This document shows positions 6,973 through 14,021 of a stretch of 14,021 bases of DNA, piece by piece; within the stretch, counting starts at the first letter, position 1, and each line of letters begins with the position of its first letter. Both the position numbers and the translations under genes were made by a program. The notes under the pieces were generated by a model that saw nothing but the letters and a program-made list of their open reading frames with translations, did no database searches and was not told the DNA's origin. Source of the DNA: Candidatus Krumholzibacteriia bacterium. Lineage in GTDB: Bacteria > Krumholzibacteriota > Krumholzibacteriia > WVZY01. Location of the stretch: contig JBHHVD010000080.1 in assembly GCA_046754105.1 (NCBI GenBank), forward strand, positions 1 through 14,021, read 5' to 3'.

Positions 6973-6992
6973 CATTGCCATTATATGCAATG
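6973..6992 (-). promoter_or_regulatory. TATAAT -10 box (- strand) embedded in the palindrome CATTGC-N8-GCAATG
   Basis: ATTATA at 6980-6985 reads TATAAT on the - strand, with arms at 6973-6978 and 6987-6992. No convincing -35 box. Confidence 0.4.
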
Positions 6993-7029
6993 TGGGGCCG
7001 ACGTACCAGCCAAACCCGCCCCCGGGGCG

Positions 7030-7058
7030 TTGACCGGGCTCGTTATGCAAGGTACAAT
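7030..7058 (+). promoter_or_regulatory. Sigma70-type promoter for the YCF48 propeller gene
   Basis: TTGACC (7030-7035), 17-nt spacer, TACAAT (7053-7058), 53 nt before the ATG at 7112. Confidence 0.65.
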
Positions 7059-7111
7059 GGGCTATTCGCCCAACCACCACCACTCTGTCCCCCAAGGAAG
7101 GCGGGATCGCA

Positions 7112-9058
7112 ATGCCGACTCGTTATCGCCGCGAATGCCTGCGTTTGTCGTTCGCTCTCATCGGACTCTTGTTGCTGGGATGTGGTGGGGACTCGGGACC
7201 GACGCAACCCATCTCACCCCCGGGCACACCGTCCGGGTGGTTTTGGCAAAACCCCCTGCCCCAGGGAAACACGCTGGGGGCCGTTTTCTTCCTGGATGCG
7301 AATCGGGGCTGGGCGGTGGGTGACACGGGCACGATCGTCCGCACCACGAACGGCGGTGCCACGTGGACGGTCCAGGCCAGCGGCACCGTTAGTAATCTGA
7401 CGTCCGTGTGGTTTTCGTCCGCCAGCGTGGGGACTGCGGTGGGTAACACTGGAACCATCCTCCGGACGACGAACGGCGGGGTGACGTGGACGGGTCAATC
7501 CGGTGGCACCGCAGAACCGCTCAACGCGGTTACGTTCACCGATACCAACCGGGGCTGGGTCGTCGGTGAGGGCGCCACGATACTGCGGACCACCGACGGC
7601 GGCACTACGTGGACGCCTCAGGTGGCGGGTGCCGCGACCGACTTGATTGGCGCGTTTTTTGTCAATGCGAGCGTGGGCACGGTGGTGGGCGATGTGGGGA
7701 CGATTCTGAGAACAACCGACGGCGGCGCGACCTGGACGGCGCAGACCAGCGGCGTAGGAGAGGGTCTTCACGCGGTTTGGTTTACGAACGCGAACAACGG
7801 TACGGTCGTGGGCAACACGGGCACGATCTTGCGGACCACAGACGGTGGCACCACGTGGAACAGTCAGATCAGTGGAACGACGGGTCTGCTCACGGACGTG
7901 GCGTTTGCGGACGCGAACACAGGGTGGGCGGTCGGGGCGAGCTCCAGCATCCTCCATACGACCAACGGCGGTGGGACATGGACCAGCCAGACCAGCCCCG
8001 TTGCCGGGGTGTTTCGATCGCCGCCGATCGACGATAACGGCGGGCGCGCACTCCGCGATGCCGATGGAAGGGACTCTGATAGCCGGCTGGCGGCCGGAAT
8101 CGTCTACCATGGCCTGTCCGTGGTGGACGCCAACACGTGTGCCGCCGTGGGCCAGTTGGGCACGATCATTCGCACGACCGACGGCGGTGGAGCGTGGACG
8201 AAACAGAGTCGTGGTGTGACCAAGAATATAAACGGCGTGGCCTTCACGAGCGCGAGCACGGGGACGGCGGTGGGCGAATCGGGTATTATCCTGCGCACGA
8301 CGGACGGTGGAGCGACGTGGAACCTCCAGACCAGCGGTACGACCACGATCCTCTACGCGGTCTCATTTACCGACGCCAACACGGGGACGGCCGTCGGCGG
8401 CAACGGTGTGATCCTGCGCACGACCGACGGCGGGACGTCGTGGAACAGCCAGGCCAGCGGTACGACGAATAACCTCTTTGCCGTATCGTTTGTGGATGCA
8501 ACAACGGGAATCGCGGTCGGCAGCATGGGCACGATCGTGTGGACGACCGACGGCGGTGCGAACTGGACGACCCAGAACAGTGGTACGGCATTGCCTCTCT
8601 ATACCGCGTGGCTACTCGATGCAAACACGGGTATCGCCGCGGGCAACGGCGCGGTGTTCGTGCGCACGACGGACGGAGGGACGACGTGGACGAGCCTGAC
8701 ACCCGGAACGACCGCTTCGATAAATGGGCTGTGGTTTGTCGACACGACCACGGGATGGATAGTGACGAGCCTGGGGCAGACCGCCCGCACCAACGACGGT
8801 GGATTGACGTGGACGAATCAACCCAACGGTACGGGCAACGCGCTGCGGGCCGTGTCGTTTGGGAATTCGAACGCCGGCACCGTAGTGGGAGACGCCGGCA
8901 CGATCCTGCGGACGATCGACGGCGGAACGACCTGGACGACCCAGGCGAGCGGCACGGCCAGGACACTCTTCGCCGTGTCGCTTCCGACCGCCGACTCGGG
9001 AACCGTCGCGGGGACTGCGGGGACCATCCTGAAGACAAACACGGGTGGGGTGAAATAG
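7112..9058 (+). CDS. YCF48-related / BNR(Asp-box) repeat lipoprotein, predicted double 7-bladed beta-propeller (648 aa)
   Basis: AAGGAAGG upstream. Lipobox LLG-C and a Pro-rich linker. 14 copies of a ~41-aa unit W..Q.SGT...L.AV.F.DAN.G.AVG..GTILRTTDGG.T. Confidence 0.9.
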   Translation: MPTRYRRECLRLSFALIGLLLLGCGGDSGPTQPISPPGTPSGWFWQNPLPQGNTLGAVFFLDANRGWAVGDTGTIVRTTNGGATWTVQASGTVSNLTSVWFSSASVGTAVGNTGTILRTTNGGVTWTGQSGGTAEPLNAVTFTDTNRGWVVGEGATILRTTDGGTTWTPQVAGAATDLIGAFFVNASVGTVVGDVGTILRTTDGGATWTAQTSGVGEGLHAVWFTNANNGTVVGNTGTILRTTDGGTTWNSQISGTTGLLTDVAFADANTGWAVGASSSILHTTNGGGTWTSQTSPVAGVFRSPPIDDNGGRALRDADGRDSDSRLAAGIVYHGLSVVDANTCAAVGQLGTIIRTTDGGGAWTKQSRGVTKNINGVAFTSASTGTAVGESGIILRTTDGGATWNLQTSGTTTILYAVSFTDANTGTAVGGNGVILRTTDGGTSWNSQASGTTNNLFAVSFVDATTGIAVGSMGTIVWTTDGGANWTTQNSGTALPLYTAWLLDANTGIAAGNGAVFVRTTDGGTTWTSLTPGTTASINGLWFVDTTTGWIVTSLGQTARTNDGGLTWTNQPNGTGNALRAVSFGNSNAGTVVGDAGTILRTIDGGTTWTTQASGTARTLFAVSLPTADSGTVAGTAGTILKTNTGGVK

Positions 9059-9076
9059 CGGGTTACAAGATGCAGC

Positions 9077-9094
9077 CGGCCTCGGCGGAGGCCG
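9077..9094 (+). terminator. GC hairpin after the propeller gene (no U-tract)
   Basis: CGGCCTC-GGCG-GAGGCCG, 18 nt after the TAG at 9058. Confidence 0.3.
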
Positions 9095-9176
9095 ATCGGC
9101 TAGCCCCGGGCCCAGCGGAGGTTAATATATGAGTTCGAACGCCCTGAAATCGGTTGGTCTTTCCCTCGCAGTCGTT
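9094..9176 (+). repeat. Copy 1 of duplicated 5'UTR + RBS + signal-peptide module
   Basis: About 78% identical (65/83 by hand) to 9625-9706. Confidence 0.85.
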
Positions 9177-9626
9177 CTGGCGCTATGCGCACTCGCCCGG
9201 CCCGCCGCAGGCGACACGACGTTTATCGCCATGATCGATGGCGCCCAGAACGTCGATCCGCTGCCCGTCCCCGGCACCGGGTCGGCCGTCATGGTCCTGA
9301 ACACCGCGGAAACCGAGCTGTCGTTCGATATCCAGTACCAGGACCTGATCGGCGTGGAGACGGCCGCCCATTTTCACAATGGCGGCCCGCGCGAGAACGG
9401 GCCCGCCAAGTTCCTGCTGCCGATGGGGACGCCGAAAACGGGTGTATGGAATATCCCGCCGGAAATGGTACCCGAGCTTTACGCCGGTCGCATTTACATC
9501 AACATTCACACGGATGTCTACATCACCGGGGAGCTGCGCGGCAACGTGGCCCAGTCCGTGCCCACGGAGAACACGACCTGGGGAAGGGTCAAGCACCTGT
9601 TTTCCGTCGAATTGCCCCGCAACTGA
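9129..9626 (+). CDS. Secreted CHRD-domain protein with C-terminal TWGxxK tail (165 aa)
   Basis: RBS GGAGG and a signal peptide ending PAAG. CHRD motifs GAQNV...GTGSA...TAAHFH.G...ENGP and YINIHT....GELRG, followed by VPTENTTWGRVKHLF. Confidence 0.88.
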   Translation: MSSNALKSVGLSLAVVLALCALARPAAGDTTFIAMIDGAQNVDPLPVPGTGSAVMVLNTAETELSFDIQYQDLIGVETAAHFHNGGPRENGPAKFLLPMGTPKTGVWNIPPEMVPELYAGRIYINIHTDVYITGELRGNVAQSVPTENTTWGRVKHLFSVELPRN

Positions 9627-9706
9627 TCCGCTTGCTCCGGACCCAGCGGAGGTTATGTATGAAGTCGAACGCCCTCAGATCGGCCGGCCTTTTCCTCGTG
9701 CTCGTC
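9625..9706 (+). repeat. Copy 2 of duplicated 5'UTR + RBS + signal-peptide module
   Basis: GATCCGCTTGCTCCGGACCCAGCGGAGGTTATGT-ATGAAGTCGAACGCCCTC versus GATCGGCTAGCCCCGGGCCCAGCGGAGGTTAATAT-ATGAGTTCGAACGCCCTG. Confidence 0.85.
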
Positions 9707-12010
9707 GTCGTGACCTCACTCTCGGTGTCCGCCCCGGCGCTCGCGGGCGACTCCGATTCGCCGCCGACCACAGATCTTCCGAAGTTCGTCCCCAATTCCA
9801 ACCTCGACTTTGTCGTTCCTCGCACCGTTGCGCGCCCGAAGATCGACGGCAAGCTCGACGAGGCCATATGGCAGACCGCCGCGAAACTGACCAATTTTGC
9901 CGAAATAAGCCCGGGCGACAACGTCGAGCCCGCCGTGCAAACCGATGTGCTCCTCGCTTATGACGACACCAATATCTACGTGGCGTTCGTCTGCTACGAG
10001 GACGACATCACCGGCATACGCGCGACCGTGACCGATCGCGACAACATCGGCCAGGATGACTTCGCCGGCATTATGCTCGACACCTTCCACGACCGCCAGA
10101 CGAGCTACGAGTTTTTCGTAAATCCGTACGGCATCCAGTTCGACCAGCGCCGCAGCAAGGGCGGCGGTGAGGACAAGAGTTTCGACACCGTGTGGGAATC
10201 GGCGGGCGAGATCAACTCGGTGGGCTGGACGGCGGAGATGGCCATTCCATTCAGGAGTCTGCGCTTTCCCAATGTCGACGCGCAGACGTGGGGCGTGCAC
10301 GCACTCCGCGTACGGCCGCGCACGAGCCGCGAGCAGCTCTCGTGGGCTCCACTCTCCAGGGATGAGAGTTGCCTCTTCTGTCAGGCGGGAGAGATGAGGG
10401 GTATCACCGGCGTCAACTCGGGCACGAACATCGAGCTTTTGCCCTACGGGATCAGCAGCCAGGTGGGAGCGCTCCAGGACTTCGGCGATCCGGCCTCGCC
10501 TTTTCGCAACGACACGGCGGAGTTCGACGGGGGCCTGGGGGTCAAGTACGGCCTCACGCCGAACCTTACCCTGGACGGCACCGTCAATCCCGATTTCAGC
10601 CAGGTCGAATCGGACGAGGCGCAGATCAGCCTCAACACGACCTCGGCGATCTTTCTCGACGAGAAGCGGCCGTTCTTCCTGGAGGGCGCCGACGTGTTCC
10701 GCTCCAAGGTGCGCGTCGTCCACACGCGAACCCTCAACGACCCGAGCGCCGCCGGCAAGGTGACGGGCAAGGCGGGCAAGTACACGGTGGGCTACATCCT
10801 CGCGCAGGATGAAAACACCTCCTTTCCGGTTCCTTTCGAAGAGGGCAGTAGCCTGGTGTTTCCCGGCGAGTCGGTGTCGAACATCCTGCGCGTCAAGCGC
10901 GACATCCTCGACGATTCCTTCCTCGGGGTCATGCTGACCGACCGGCGCTACACCGAGGCGGGCGGGTCCAGCACCAACTTCGGCCTCGACTACGACCTGA
11001 GATTCAGGGAACAGTACCGTTTCAGCGCCCAGGTCCTGGGCACGCATACGCGCGAACCCAACGACCCGGCACTGTCCGGCGATTTCAACGGCGAGGTGTT
11101 CGGGCCCGGGGCGGACAACGACCGCTACACGTCGGATTTCGACGGGGAGAGCTATTTCGGACACGCCGTCGCCGCCAACATCGAGCGCGAGGCGCGCCAC
11201 TGGAACTTCGACGCCTACTATGAAGACAGTTCGCCGACCTTTCGCGCCGACAACGGTTTCGTTTTCACGAACGATTTCCGGCTGGGCGGCATGTGGAACG
11301 GCATTACGTTTCAGCCCGACAACCGGGTCTTCGACGTGATCGAGCCGAGCTTCAATATCGGCCGCCAGTACAACTACGATGGCAAATTCAAAGACGAGTG
11401 GATCGAGCCCCAGCTCTTCCTGAGCTTCAAGAAGCAGACGCGGGTGGTCGTGAGCCACCTGTGGAGCCGGGAGGATTTCCAGGACGTCTACGTCGACGGC
11501 ATCCGCCGGTTCTTGCTCCTGGTGGGAACGGACTTCACGAGTTCTCTCTCCGCGCAAGCGTGGATTCGGCAGGGCCGCTCGATATTCAGGTCGGCCTCAC
11601 CCTTTCTGGCCGGCTCGACCGCGATGAGGCTGCAGGCCGAACTCAAACCCACGAGCCAGATCAAGCTCGACACCATCTACCTGATCATCAAGTTTTCGCA
11701 GTTGCCCGGCCGTCCCGGAGTGCCGCACGACCGCCACAAGCAGTACAGCGTGCGCAACAAGCTCACCTACCAGCTCAACAGCCGGCTCTTCCTGCGGGTG
11801 GTGGGCGAGTACCGCAAGAACTCGGGCGGCGGCGGCGCATACGACCTCGACCCGCTGGTGAGCTACAAGATAAACCCCTTCACGGTATTGTTCGTCGGGT
11901 CGACCCACGACTTCCTCGACTACGACGGGCCCGCCTTCACGGGCAACCAGGGATTCCATCAGACCGAGCGCACGTTCTTCGTGAAGTTCCAGTATCTCTT
12001 CCGGGTTTAG
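9659..12010 (+). CDS. CBM9-like sugar-binding domain + DUF5916 outer-membrane protein (783 aa)
   Basis: ATG at 9659 with GGAGG at 9648-9652 and a signal peptide. PKIDGKLDEAIW, YEFFVNPYG, GWTAEMAIPFRSLRF (CBM9-like). LTLDGTVNPDFSQVESD and EKRPFFLEG (DUF5916 hallmark). C-terminal beta-signal-like FFVKFQYLFRV. Confidence 0.9.
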   Translation: MKSNALRSAGLFLVLVVVTSLSVSAPALAGDSDSPPTTDLPKFVPNSNLDFVVPRTVARPKIDGKLDEAIWQTAAKLTNFAEISPGDNVEPAVQTDVLLAYDDTNIYVAFVCYEDDITGIRATVTDRDNIGQDDFAGIMLDTFHDRQTSYEFFVNPYGIQFDQRRSKGGGEDKSFDTVWESAGEINSVGWTAEMAIPFRSLRFPNVDAQTWGVHALRVRPRTSREQLSWAPLSRDESCLFCQAGEMRGITGVNSGTNIELLPYGISSQVGALQDFGDPASPFRNDTAEFDGGLGVKYGLTPNLTLDGTVNPDFSQVESDEAQISLNTTSAIFLDEKRPFFLEGADVFRSKVRVVHTRTLNDPSAAGKVTGKAGKYTVGYILAQDENTSFPVPFEEGSSLVFPGESVSNILRVKRDILDDSFLGVMLTDRRYTEAGGSSTNFGLDYDLRFREQYRFSAQVLGTHTREPNDPALSGDFNGEVFGPGADNDRYTSDFDGESYFGHAVAANIEREARHWNFDAYYEDSSPTFRADNGFVFTNDFRLGGMWNGITFQPDNRVFDVIEPSFNIGRQYNYDGKFKDEWIEPQLFLSFKKQTRVVVSHLWSREDFQDVYVDGIRRFLLLVGTDFTSSLSAQAWIRQGRSIFRSASPFLAGSTAMRLQAELKPTSQIKLDTIYLIIKFSQLPGRPGVPHDRHKQYSVRNKLTYQLNSRLFLRVVGEYRKNSGGGGAYDLDPLVSYKINPFTVLFVGSTHDFLDYDGPAFTGNQGFHQTERTFFVKFQYLFRV

Positions 12011-12037
12011 ATCGGGGTTTCGTCAATATGTTGACAA

Positions 12038-12559
12038 GTGTGGAACGGGAGCAATCAGCCGAAGGTTTCCGGCGGCGCGGCGGGATGGAAGTTCGGTGCC
12101 ACCGTCGACGACGGCCTCGGGTCAGGGATTTCGTCAGGCGATTTCAATCTGGACGGGCATGCGGATGTCGCCCTTGGAGCCACCTGGGCCGACCCGCTCG
12201 GCCGTACGAATGCAGGGACCGTTTACATGTTGCATGGCCTTTTCGTTCCAACGGGCATTCTCCACCCACCGACCCTCAGTCCAACAGTCCTCCTAAAGCA
12301 GAATTGGCCCAATCCGTTCTCCCGAACGACGCTCATTGAATACGAGCTACCGCGCTCAGCACCCATGGCGCTCTCCATCTATGACGTAAGGGGTCAGCTC
12401 GTAAGGCAGGTGGCTCAAGGCGTGCGACCCGCCGGCCAGGGCTTTGTTAACTGGGACGGTATTGATCGTCGAGGTCGGCGTGTGGCGTCGGGTGTTTATT
12501 TCTATAGGCTGAAAGCGGGGCCGTTTTTTCAAACGAAGAAAATGCTCTTGATAAGGTAA
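12038..12559 (+). pseudogene. 3' fragment of an FG-GAP repeat protein with FlgD-Ig / T9SS-type C-terminal sorting domain
   Basis: One FG-GAP unit (GDFNLDGHADVALGA...AGTVY) followed by LKQNWPNPFS...IYDVRGQLVR...WDGID..GRRVASGVYFYRL....QTKKMLLIR. No signal peptide, no clear RBS, and an in-frame TGA at 12032-12034. Confidence 0.6.
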
Positions 12560-12587
12560 CTCTCAGTCCCCGAATTTTCCCCCCGGA

Positions 12588-14021
12588 CTACCGCAGGCTC
12601 ACCCACACCGACTTGTTCTCCAGATAGTGGTCCAACCCTTCCCTGCCCAACTCACGTCCGAAGCCGCTCTCCTTGCGCCCGCCGAAGGGGGACGCGGGGT
12701 GAAAGAGGTTGTACGTGTTGACCCACACCGTACCGGCCTCGAGGGCCGCGGCGACACGGTGCGCCCGGGCGGGGTCCTGGGTCCACACACCGGCCGCCAG
12801 TCCGTAACAGTGGGTGTTCGCCCATTCGACCACCTCTTCCTCTTCGTCGAACGGCAGTACGGAGAGTACCGGCCCGAAGATCTCTTCGCGCGCGACACTC
12901 ATTTCATTGTTCACACCGGTCAGGACCGTGGGCTCGACGTAGTATCCTTTGCCCGCGACCGTGGTCGCATTGCCACCGGTGTAGACGTTGGCGCCCTCGC
13001 CCTTGCCTTTCTCGATCGCCTTGACGATGCCATCGCGGTGCGACTCCGACACCTGCGGGCCGAGGCGTGTCTTGTCATCCAGCGGGTCGCCGGGTACGTA
13101 CTTGGCCATCTTCTGGGTCAGCACGTCGAGAAACTGGTCGTGCACCGACTTATGCACGAAGAGCCGCGAGCCCGCCGTACAGACCTCGCCCTTGTTATAG
13201 AAGATTCCGCCACAGGCGCCGTTGGCCGCATAGTCGAGTTTCGCATCCGGAAATACGATATTCGGTGACTTGCCACCCAACTCCAGCGATACCCGTTTGA
13301 TGGTGCCGGCGGCGCCGCGCATGACCGTGCGTCCCGTCTCCGTCGAACCGGTAAAAGCGATCTTGTCGATGTTGCTGGATTCCAACAGTGCCTTGCCGAT
13401 GACCGAGCCTTTGCCCGTGACGACGTTGACCACGCCGGGTGGAAAACCCGCTTCCAGACAAAGCGCCCCCAGCTTGAGCGCCGTCAGCGGTGTGTACTCG
13501 GCCGGCTTGATGACGGCGGTGCAGCCCGCCGCCAGCGCGGGCGCGAGCTTGTAGCAGGTCAGCAGCAGCGGAAAATTCCACGGAACGATCATACCGACGA
13601 CACCCACCGGCTCCTTCAGCGTGTAATTGAGAAGCCCGGGTTGCACGGGAATCGTCTCACCCTGGATCTTGTCGGCCCAGCCGGCGAAATAACGAAACAC
13701 CTCGACCAGGAACGGCATGTCGATCTTGCGCGACTCGAAGATGGGCTTGCCCTGGTTCATCGTCTCCAGACGCGCGATGGCGTCGGCGTCGCGCTCGAGC
13801 AGATCGGCGAGCCGCCACAGCGCCTTCGAGCGGCCGGACCCGCCCATTTTCTTCCACGCCTTCGACCGCAGCGCCGCACGCGCCGCATCGGCGGCCGCCT
13901 CCACGTCGGAGGCCGTACCTTCCGCCACCTCGCACAGCACTTCTTCGGTGGCCGGGTTTATGATCGCGTGCGTGGCGCCGCCGTCTGCGTCGCGCCACTC
14001 GCCATTGATCAGCAGTTTGGT
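12588..14021 (-). CDS. NAD(P)+-dependent aldehyde dehydrogenase (5' end beyond window)
   Basis: IVPWNFP, FTGST, LELGGKSP (catalytic Glu), GEVCTAGSR (catalytic Cys), EEIFGPV, PFGGRKESGFGRE. The frame stays open to 14021 (TKLLINGEW...INPATEE). Confidence 0.96.
   Translation of the reverse strand, partial: TKLLINGEWRDADGGATHAIINPATEEVLCEVAEGTASDVEAAADAARAALRSKAWKKMGGSGRSKALWRLADLLERDADAIARLETMNQGKPIFESRKIDMPFLVEVFRYFAGWADKIQGETIPVQPGLLNYTLKEPVGVVGMIVPWNFPLLLTCYKLAPALAAGCTAVIKPAEYTPLTALKLGALCLEAGFPPGVVNVVTGKGSVIGKALLESSNIDKIAFTGSTETGRTVMRGAAGTIKRVSLELGGKSPNIVFPDAKLDYAANGACGGIFYNKGEVCTAGSRLFVHKSVHDQFLDVLTQKMAKYVPGDPLDDKTRLGPQVSESHRDGIVKAIEKGKGEGANVYTGGNATTVAGKGYYVEPTVLTGVNNEMSVAREEIFGPVLSVLPFDEEEEVVEWANTHCYGLAAGVWTQDPARAHRVAAALEAGTVWVNTYNLFHPASPFGGRKESGFGRELGREGLDHYLENKSVWVSLR

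Noticed and set aside
5356..7400. + strand ORFs 5356..6549 and 6549..7400
   Set aside because: Shadows of the dipeptidase and DUF2007 genes and of the promoter region; no recognisable motifs.
7238..9055. 123-bp periodic DNA repeats as a non-coding array
   Set aside because: Fully explained by the 41-aa propeller blades, with synonymous divergence between copies.
9185..9658. 941-aa version of the DUF5916 ORF or a CHRD-DUF5916 frameshift fusion
   Set aside because: The extension is an off-frame read of the CHRD gene. ATG 9659 has its own RBS and signal peptide.
9094..9706. DGR template/variable repeat pair
   Set aside because: Mismatches are not adenine-specific, the copies lie at gene 5' ends, and there is no reverse transcriptase in the window.
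12031..12060. Sigma70 promoter from the perfect TTGACA at 12031-12036
   Set aside because: No acceptable -10 hexamer at 16-18 nt spacing.
9716..12339. ORFs 9716..11557 (-) and 11293..12339 (+)
   Set aside because: Antisense or off-frame shadows of the DUF5916 gene.

Overview
GC-rich bacterial window. The gene content (DUF5916, DUF6588-like, YCF48 propeller, FlgD-Ig/T9SS-type C-terminal domain, C-terminal TWGxxK tail) suggests an FCB-group candidate phylum such as Krumholzibacteriota, Latescibacterota or Eisenbacteria; this is inference. The left half is on the - strand: a DUF2007/zinc-ribbon protein, an M19 dipeptidase, then a four-gene periplasmic redox operon. That operon encodes two paralogous Met-rich mono-haem lipoproteins of the SoxA/TsdA His/Cys type, a tri-haem lipoprotein whose third haem has CPAW in place of MPAW, and a cupredoxin/carboxypeptidase-regulatory-like protein. 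It is followed by a DUF6588-like protein plus lipoprotein pair behind a sigma54-type motif, and finally a near-consensus sigma70 promoter firing into a 78-nt-period structured repeat at the window edge. The right half on the + strand has a 14-repeat YCF48/BNR propeller lipoprotein, a CHRD protein and a CBM9-like/DUF5916 outer-membrane protein (the last two share a duplicated leader and signal-peptide module), and an FG-GAP/FlgD-Ig gene fragment. A convergent aldehyde dehydrogenase runs off the right edge. The best candidates for something undescribed are the His/Cys-haem plus copper operon and the promoter-driven structured repeat. Family assignments come from motif recognition by eye; no database searches were run.
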